Assembly: GCA_977017575.1 (NCBI GenBank) | Contig: CDRNVI010000192.1 | Span: 45,520-109,519 of the forward strand | DNA length: 64,000 nt | From: Paramoeba atlantica | Lineage: Eukaryota > Protista > Discosea | Direction: 5' to 3' | Shown here: in pieces, positions 1-8,563 of the stretch | Numbering within the stretch: position 1 is the stretch's first letter | Layout of the letters: every line of letters begins with the position of its first letter | The notes under the pieces: model-generated | What the model was told of the DNA's origin: nothing | Database searches by the model: none | What the model saw: only the letters and a program-made list of their open reading frames with translations | Program-made: the position numbers and the translations under genes

Positions 1-287
1 ATGATATCAACATTCGTTTTGTCGACCTATAATATAAACTACCTAAATCAAAACTATACGATAGGGCATCGCGCCTGGCCGGCGCCACCACCCTCTCGCT
101 ACTAACTTTCCACCCCTTTCGCGTTATCAGGGTCTGCCTCGGCATAACGAAGTCGGCTGATTTTGTCCGCAGGGTTACTTTTCGTGCTCACGTACAGCGC
201 ATCTACGGCAATTCCTTGCTTTTTAATTACATTCAAAACCTTTTCAAGTTCGTCAGAAACGCCGGAAGATTTCGATATTTTCCTATT

Positions 288-324
288 AAATTATCGAAGT
301 AAAGCAAAAATTATCGAAGTAAAG
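288..324. repeat. Internal 17-bp direct repeat AAATTATCGAAGTAAAG x2 at a 20-bp period (every monomer)
   Basis: Exact copies at 288-304 and 308-324. Confidence 0.95.
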
Positions 325-448
325 TGAAGAAAATATTGTCCTAAGAATCTTCTTCTAAGAAATATTATATGAAATAACGAAACAAAAGTACATTACACGT
401 AAACTTTATGCGTAAAAGTGCAGTATATGCTAAAGATGTATTCAAGAT

Positions 449-489
449 TGCACTGGTTGGTGCGTGCATGAAACACGTTAACCACTGCA
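449..489. other. Imperfect inverted repeat / potential hairpin (every monomer)
   Basis: TGCACTGGTT (449-458) pairs 9/10 with AACCACTGCA (480-489). Inner CGTG (463-466) pairs with CACG (474-477) around a 7-nt loop. Confidence 0.6.
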
Positions 490-560
490 CACTTCCTAAA
501 ATTCTTTTCGTAAACTCTTAGAATTTCATTTTGTGTGAATATCGTACTTTGTAGAGATCC

Positions 561-568
561 TATATAAG
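561..568. promoter_or_regulatory. TATA-box-like octamer TATATAAG/TATATAAA; site of the 628/629 length polymorphism
   Basis: Both alleles fit TATAWAWR on the plus strand. No good initiator seen about 30 bp downstream. Function is unsupported. Confidence 0.2.
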
Positions 569-584
569 TATACGCCCATTCAGG

Positions 585-758
585 GTAAGGTTTACAATAA
601 CTATCAAAACATATAGTTGCAGAATAGAATGATATCAACATTCGTTTTGTCGACCTATAATATAAACTACCTAAATCAAAACTATAGGATAGGGCATCGC
701 GCCTGGCCGGCGCCACCACCCTCTCGCTACTAACTTTCCACCCCTTTCGCGTTATCAG
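585..758 (+). other. Spliceosomal-intron-like segment (174 nt) spanning each monomer junction
   Basis: GG|GTAAGG at 585, TACTAAC at 728-734, pyrimidine tract TTTCCACCCCTTTC at 735-748, and the first downstream AG in TCAG|G at 757-758. Confidence 0.3.
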
Positions 759-1015
759 GGTCTGCCTCGGCATAACGAAGTCGGCTGATTTTGTCCGCAG
801 GGTTACTTTTCGTGCTCACGTACCGCGCATCTACGGCAATTCCTTGCTTTTTAATTACATTCAAAACCTTTTCAAGTTCGTCAGAAACGCCGGAAGATTT
901 CGATATTTTCCTATTAAATTATCGAAGTAAAGCAAAAATTATCGAAGTAAAGTGAAGAAAATATTGTCCTAAGAATCTTCTTCTAAGAAATATTATATGA
1001 AATAACGAAACAAAA

Positions 1016-4000
1016 TTACATTACACGTAAACTTTATGCGTAAAAGTGCAGTATATGCTAAAGATGTATTCAAGATTGCACTGGTTGGTGCGTGCATGAA
1101 ACACGTTAACCACTGCACACTTCCTAAAATTCTTTTCGTAAACTCTTAGAATTTCATTTTGTGTGAATATCGTACTTTGTAGAGATCCTATATAAAGTAT
1201 ACGCCCATTCAGGGTAAGGTTTACAATAACTATCAAAACATATAGTTGCAGAATAGAATGATATCAACATTCGTTTTGTCGACCTATAATATAAACTACC
1301 TAAATCAAAACTATACGATAGGGCATCGCGCCTGGCCGGCGCCACCACCCTCTCGCTACTAACTTTCCACCCCTTTCGCGTTATCAGGGTCTGCCTCGGC
1401 ATAACGAAGTCGGCTGATTTTGTCCGCAGGGTTACTTTTCGTGCTCACGTACAGCGCATCTACGGCAATTCCTTGCTTTTTAATTACATTCAAAACCTTT
1501 TCAAGTTCGTCAGAAACGCCGGAAGATTTCGATATTTTCCTATTAAATTATCGAAGTAAAGCAAAAATTATCGAAGTAAAGTGAAGAAAATATTGTCCTA
1601 AGAATCTTCTTCTAAGAAATATTATATGAAATAACGAAACAAAAGTACATTACACGTAAACTTTATGCGTAAAAGTGCAGTATATGCTAAAGATGTATTC
1701 AAGATTGCACTGGTTGGTGCGTGCATGAAACACGTTAACCACTGCACACTTCCTAAAATTCTTTTCGTAAACTCTTAGAATTTCATTTTGTGTGAATATC
1801 GTACTTTGTAGAGATCCTATATAAGTATACGCCCATTCAGGGTAAGGTTTACAATAACTATCAAAACATATAGTTGCAGAATAGAATGATATCAACATTC
1901 GTTTTGTCGACCTATAATATAAACTACCTAAATCAAAACTATACGATAGGGCATCGCGCCTGGCCGGCGCCACCACCCTCTCGCTACTAACTTTCCACCC
2001 CTTTCGCGTTATCAGGGTCTGCCTCGGCATAACGAAGTCGGCTGATTTTGTCCGCAGGGTTACTTTTCGTGCTCACGTACAGCGCATCTACGGCAATTCC
2101 TTGCTTTTTAATTACATTCAAAACCTTTTCAAGTTCGTCAGAAACGCCGGAAGATTTCGATATTTTCCTATTAAATTATCGAAGTAAAGCAAAAATTATC
2201 GAAGTAAAGTGAAGAAAATATTGTCCTAAGAATCTTCTTCTAAGAAATATTATATGAAATAACGAAACAAAAGTACATTACACGTAAACTTTATGCGTAA
2301 AAGTGCAGTATATGCTAAAGATGTATTCAAGATTGCACTGGTTGGTGCGTGCATGAAACACGTTAACCACTGCACACTTCCTAAAATTCTTTTCGTAAAC
2401 TCTTAGAATTTCATTTTGTGTGAATATCGTACTTTGTAGAGATCCTATATAAGTATACGCCCATTCAGGGTAAGGTTTACAATAACTATCAAAACATATA
2501 GTTGCAGAATAGAATGATATCAACATTCGTTTTGTCGACCTATAATATAAACTACCTAAATCAAAACTATACGATAGGGCATCGCGCCTGGCCGGCGCCA
2601 CCACCCTCTCGCTACTAACTTTCCACCCCTTTCGCGTTATCAGGGTCTGCCTCGGCATAACGAAGTCGGCTGATTTTGTCCGCAGGGTTACTTTTCGTGC
2701 TCACGTACCGCGCATCTACGGCAATTCCTTGCTTTTTAATTACATTCAAAACCTTTTCAAGTTCGTCAGAAACGCCGGAAGATTTCGATATTTTCCTATT
2801 AAATTATCGAAGTAAAGCAAAAATTATCGAAGTAAAGTGAAGAAAATATTGTCCTAAGAATCTTCTTCTAAGAAATATTATATGAAATAACGAAACAAAA
2901 TTACATTACACGTAAACTTTATGCGTAAAAGTGCAGTATATGCTAAAGATGTATTCAAGATTGCACTGGTTGGTGCGTGCATGAAACACGTTAACCACTG
3001 CACACTTCCTAAAATTCTTTTCGTAAACTCTTAGAATTTCATTTTGTGTGAATATCGTACTTTGTAGAGATCCTATATAAAGTATACGCCCATTCAGGGT
3101 AAGGTTTACAATAACTATCAAAACATATAGTTGCAGAATAGAATGATATCAACATTCGTTTTGTCGACCTATAATATAAACTACCTAAATCAAAACTATA
3201 GGATAGGGCATCGCGCCTGGCCGGCGCCACCACCCTCTCGCTACTAACTTTCCACCCCTTTCGCGTTATCAGGGTCTGCCTCGGCATAACGAAGTCGGCT
3301 GATTTTGTCCGCAGGGTTACTTTTCGTGCTCACGTACCGCGCATCTACGGCAATTCCTTGCTTTTTAATTACATTCAAAACCTTTTCAAGTTCGTCAGAA
3401 ACGCCGGAAGATTTCGATATTTTCCTATTAAATTATCGAAGTAAAGCAAAAATTATCGAAGTAAAGTGAAGAAAATATTGTCCTAAGAATCTTCTTCTAA
3501 GAAATATTATATGAAATAACGAAACAAAAGTACATTACACGTAAACTTTATGCGTAAAAGTGCAGTATATGCTAAAGATGTATTCAAGATTGCACTGGTT
3601 GGTGCGTGCATGAAACACGTTAACCACTGCACACTTCCTAAAATTCTTTTCGTAAACTCTTAGAATTTCATTTTGTGTGAATATCGTACCTTGTAGAGAT
3701 CCTATATAAAGTATACGCCCATTCAGGGTAAGGTTTACAATAACTATCAAAACATATAGTTGCAGAATAGAATGATATCAACATTCGTTTTGTCGACCTA
3801 TAATATAAACTACCTAAATCAAAACTATACGATAGGGCATCGCGCCTGGCCGGCGCCACCACCCTCTCGCTACTAACTTTCCACCCCTTTCGCGTTATCA
3901 GGGTCTGCCTCGGCATAACGAAGTCGGCTGATTTTGTCCGCAGGGTTACTTTTCGTGCTCACGTACCGCGCATCTACGGCAATTCCTTGCTTTTTAATTA

Positions 4001-7000
4001 CATTCAAAACCTTTTCAAGTTCGTCAGAAACGCCGGAAGATTTCGATATTTTCCTATTAAATTATCGAAGTAAAGCAAAAATTATCGAAGTAAAGTGAAG
4101 AAAATATTGTCCTAAGAATCTTCTTCTAAGAAATATTATATGAAATAACGAAACAAAAGTACATTACACGTAAACTTTATGCGTAAAAGTGCAGTATATG
4201 CTAAAGATGTATTCAAGATTGCACTGGTTGGTGCGTGCATGAAACACGTTAACCACTGCACACTTCCTAAAATTCTTTTCGTAAACTCTTAGAATTTCAT
4301 TTTGTGTGAATATCGTACTTTGTAGAGATCCTATATAAAGTATACGCCCATTCAGGGTAAGGTTTACAATAACTATCAAAACATATAGTTGCAGAATAGA
4401 ATGATATCAACATTCGTTTTGTCGACCTATAATATAAACTACCTAAATCAAAACTATACGATAGGGCATCGCGCCTGGCCGGCGCCACCACCCTCTCGCT
4501 ACTAACTTTCCACCCCTTTCGCGTTATCAGGGTCTGCCTCGGCATAACGAAGTCGGCTGATTTTGTCCGCAGGGTTACTTTTCGTGCTCACGTACCGCGC
4601 ATCTACGGCAATTCCTTGCTTTTTAATTACATTCAAAACCTTTTCAAGTTCGTCAGAAACGCCGGAAGATTTCGATATTTTCCTATTAAATTATCGAAGT
4701 AAAGCAAAAATTATCGAAGTAAAGTGAAGAAAATATTGTCCTAAGAATCTTCTTCTAAGAAATATTATATGAAATAACGAAACAAAATTACATTACACGT
4801 AAACTTTATGCGTAAAAGTGCAGTATATGCTAAAGATGTATTCAAGATTGCACTGGTTGGTGCGTGCATGAAACACGTTAACCACTGCACACTTCCTAAA
4901 ATTCTTTTCGTAAACTCTTAGAATTTCATTTTGTGTGAATATCGTACTTTGTAGAGATCCTATATAAAGTATACGCCCATTCAGGGTAAGGTTTACAATA
5001 ACTATCAAAACATATAGTTGCAGAATAGAATGATATCAACATTCGTTTTGTCGACCTATAATATAAACTACCTAAATCAAAACTATACGATAGGGCATCG
5101 CGCCTGGCCGGCGCCACCACCCTCTCGCTACTAACTTTCCACCCCTTTCGCGTTATCAGGGTCTGCCTCGGCATAACGAAGTCGGCTGATTTTGTCCGCA
5201 GGGTTACTTTTCGTGCTCACGTACAGCGCATCTACGGCAATTCCTTGCTTTTTAATTACATTCAAAACCTTTTCAAGTTCGTCAGAAACGCCGGAAGATT
5301 TCGATATTTTCCTATTAAATTATCGAAGTAAAGCAAAAATTATCGAAGTAAAGTGAAGAAAATATTGTCCTAAGAATCTTCTTCTAAGAAATATTATATG
5401 AAATAACGAAACAAAAGTACATTACACGTAAACTTTATGCGTAAAAGTGCAGTATATGCTAAAGATGTATTCAAGATTGCACTGGTTGGTGCGTGCATGA
5501 AACACGTTAACCACTGCACACTTCCTAAAATTCTTTTCGTAAACTCTTAGAATTTCATTTTGTGTGAATATCGTACTTTGTAGAGATCCTATATAAGTAT
5601 ACGCCCATTCAGGGTAAGGTTTACAATAACTATCAAAACATATAGTTGCAGAATAGAATGATATCAACATTCGTTTTGTCGACCTATAATATAAACTACC
5701 TAAATCAAAACTATACGATAGGGCATCGCGCCTGGCCGGCGCCACCACCCTCTCGCTACTAACTTTCCACCCCTTTCGCGTTATCAGGGTCTGCCTCGGC
5801 ATAACGAAGTCGGCTGATTTTGTCCGCAGGGTTACTTTTCGTGCTCACGTACAGCGCATCTACGGCAATTCCTTGCTTTTTAATTACATTCAAAACCTTT
5901 TCAAGTTCGTCAGAAACGCCGGAAGATTTCGATATTTTCCTATTAAATTATCGAAGTAAAGCAAAAATTATCGAAGTAAAGTGAAGAAAATATTGTCCTA
6001 AGAATCTTCTTCTAAGAAATATTATATGAAATAACGAAACAAAAGTACATTACACGTAAACTTTATGCGTAAAAGTGCAGTATATGCTAAAGATGTATTC
6101 AAGATTGCACTGGTTGGTGCGTGCATGAAACACGTTAACCACTGCACACTTCCTAAAATTCTTTTCGTAAACTCTTAGAATTTCATTTTGTGTGAATATC
6201 GTACTTTGTAGAGATCCTATATAAGTATACGCCCATTCAGGGTAAGGTTTACAATAACTATCAAAACATATAGTTGCAGAATAGAATGATATCAACATTC
6301 GTTTTGTCGACCTATAATATAAACTACCTAAATCAAAACTATACGATAGGGCATCGCGCCTGGCCGGCGCCACCACCCTCTCGCTACTAACTTTCCACCC
6401 CTTTCGCGTTATCAGGGTCTGCCTCGGCATAACGAAGTCGGCTGATTTTGTCCGCAGGGTTACTTTTCGTGCTCACGTACCGCGCATCTACGGCAATTCC
6501 TTGCTTTTTAATTACATTCAAAACCTTTTCAAGTTCGTCAGAAACGCCGGAAGATTTCGATATTTTCCTATTAAATTATCGAAGTAAAGCAAAAATTATC
6601 GAAGTAAAGTGAAGAAAATATTGTCCTAAGAATCTTCTTCTAAGAAATATTATATGAAATAACGAAACAAAAGTACATTACACGTAAACTTTATGCGTAA
6701 AAGTGCAGTATATGCTAAAGATGTATTCAAGATTGCACTGGTTGGTGCGTGCATGAAACACGTTAACCACTGCACACTTCCTAAAATTCTTTTCGTAAAC
6801 TCTTAGAATTTCATTTTGTGTGAATATCGTACTTTGTAGAGATCCTATATAAGTATACGCCCATTCAGGGTAAGGTTTACAATAACTATCAAAACATATA
6901 GTTGCAGAATAGAATGATATCAACATTCGTTTTGTCGACCTATAATATAAACTACCTAAATCAAAACTATAGGATAGGGCATCGCGCCTGGCCGGCGCCA

Positions 7001-8563
7001 CCACCCTCTCGCTACTAACTTTCCACCCCTTTCGCGTTATCAGGGTCTGCCTCGGCATAACGAAGTCGGCTGATTTTGTCCGCAGGGTTACTTTTCGTGC
7101 TCACGTACCGCGCATCTACGGCAATTCCTTGCTTTTTAATTACATTCAAAACCTTTTCAAGTTCGTCAGAAACGCCGGAAGATTTCGATATTTTCCTATT
7201 AAATTATCGAAGTAAAGCAAAAATTATCGAAGTAAAGTGAAGAAAATATTGTCCTAAGAATCTTCTTCTAAGAAATATTATATGAAATAACGAAACAAAA
7301 GTACATTACACGTAAACTTTATGCGTAAAAGTGCAGTATATGCTAAAGATGTATTCAAGATTGCACTGGTTGGTGCGTGCATGAAACACGTTAACCACTG
7401 CACACTTCCTAAAATTCTTTTCGTAAACTCTTAGAATTTCATTTTGTGTGAATATCGTACCTTGTAGAGATCCTATATAAAGTATACGCCCATTCAGGGT
7501 AAGGTTTACAATAACTATCAAAACATATAGTTGCAGAATAGAATGATATCAACATTCGTTTTGTCGACCTATAATATAAACTACCTAAATCAAAACTATA
7601 CGATAGGGCATCGCGCCTGGCCGGCGCCACCACCCTCTCGCTACTAACTTTCCACCCCTTTCGCGTTATCAGGGTCTGCCTCGGCATAACGAAGTCGGCT
7701 GATTTTGTCCGCAGGGTTACTTTTCGTGCTCACGTACCGCGCATCTACGGCAATTCCTTGCTTTTTAATTACATTCAAAACCTTTTCAAGTTCGTCAGAA
7801 ACGCCGGAAGATTTCGATATTTTCCTATTAAATTATCGAAGTAAAGCAAAAATTATCGAAGTAAAGTGAAGAAAATATTGTCCTAAGAATCTTCTTCTAA
7901 GAAATATTATATGAAATAACGAAACAAAAGTACATTACACGTAAACTTTATGCGTAAAAGTGCAGTATATGCTAAAGATGTATTCAAGATTGCACTGGTT
8001 GGTGCGTGCATGAAACACGTTAACCACTGCACACTTCCTAAAATTCTTTTCGTAAACTCTTAGAATTTCATTTTGTGTGAATATCGTACTTTGTAGAGAT
8101 CCTATATAAAGTATACGCCCATTCAGGGTAAGGTTTACAATAACTATCAAAACATATAGTTGCAGAATAGAATGATATCAACATTCGTTTTGTCGACCTA
8201 TAATATAAACTACCTAAATCAAAACTATACGATAGGGCATCGCGCCTGGCCGGCGCCACCACCCTCTCGCTACTAACTTTCCACCCCTTTCGCGTTATCA
8301 GGGTCTGCCTCGGCATAACGAAGTCGGCTGATTTTGTCCGCAGGGTTACTTTTCGTGCTCACGTACCGCGCATCTACGGCAATTCCTTGCTTTTTAATTA
8401 CATTCAAAACCTTTTCAAGTTCGTCAGAAACGCCGGAAGATTTCGATATTTTCCTATTAAATTATCGAAGTGAAGCAAAAATTATCGAAGTAAAGTGAAG
8501 AAAATATTGTCCTAAGAATCTTCTTCTAAGAAATATTATATGAAATAACGAAACAAAAGTACA
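1016..8563. repeat. Higher-order duplication, 6-monomer period (3771-3772 bp)
   Basis: Shared variants at 1016/4788, 1453/5225, 2081/5853, 3201/6972 and 3690/7461. Confidence 0.85.

Larger units (their letters stand above)
1..628. repeat. Representative monomer (628-bp allele)
   Basis: The next copy starts at 629. About 236/628 G+C by hand count. One EcoRV site (GATATC 3-8), one SalI site (GTCGAC 21-26) and one HpaI site (GTTAAC 477-482) seen per monomer. Confidence 0.98.
393..773 (-). other. 126-codon ORF of unknown significance, repeated per monomer; probably not a functional gene
   Basis: From the ORF track. No recognisable domain or motif. Intact in about 60 monomers, frameshifted in 40 by a 1-bp insertion and truncated in one (63233 unit). 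Confidence 0.15.

Noticed and set aside
40-46. Zelda/TAGteam site TAGGTAG (minus strand)
   Set aside because: A single heptamer in an unknown host is not distinguishable from chance.
127-132. Telomere-variant TCAGG(G) repeats
   Set aside because: Only isolated copies, never tandem.
77-160. HDV-like ribozyme (GGCCGGC/GTCGGCT mimics P1 with a G-U first pair)
   Set aside because: P3 does not pair fully, the L3 position reads GGCATAAC rather than a UCCUCGC-like loop, P1 is followed by GA rather than the GG of P1.1, and no P2 or J4/2 was found.
90-180. Twister ribozyme (minus-strand TAACCCTGC ... GAGAGGG)
   Set aside because: The central conserved loop and pseudoknot segment is missing and the spacing is too long.
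305-312. Sm site (AATTTTTG, minus strand) suggesting an SL RNA or snRNA repeat
   Set aside because: It lies within the AT-rich direct repeat, without flanking hairpins or an upstream leader plus GT donor on that strand; no known spliced leader recognised.
400-415. U12 snRNA-like TAAACTTTATGCGTAA; also U2-like ATCGC at 68
   Set aside because: Short partial matches only, with no branch-pairing region, Sm site or stems in the right order.
124-474. Hammerhead ribozyme, as in newt, cricket and schistosome satellites
   Set aside because: GAAAC occurs (256, 379, 470) but CTGANGA does not occur on either strand; the nearest are CTGATTT (plus) and CTGATAA (minus).
460-482. Group II intron 5' end (GTGCG) or domain V
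   Set aside because: No AGC/CGC triad helix, the GAAA is not closed by a stem, and there are no other domains or RT ORF.
1-628. 5S rRNA, tRNA or other rDNA unit
   Set aside because: No cloverleaf, no A/B or A/C box match, and no recognisable rRNA sequence on either strand.
1-628. Monomer length as a nucleosome multiple (4x157 or 3x209)
   Set aside because: No internal sub-repeat at those periods was visible, and almost any length fits some multiple; MNase data would be needed.
1021-1402. 71-aa and 82-aa ORFs as separate genes or a programmed frameshift pair
   Set aside because: They are the two halves of the 126-aa frame split by the extra A at about 1194-1196; no slippery heptamer with a downstream structure was seen.
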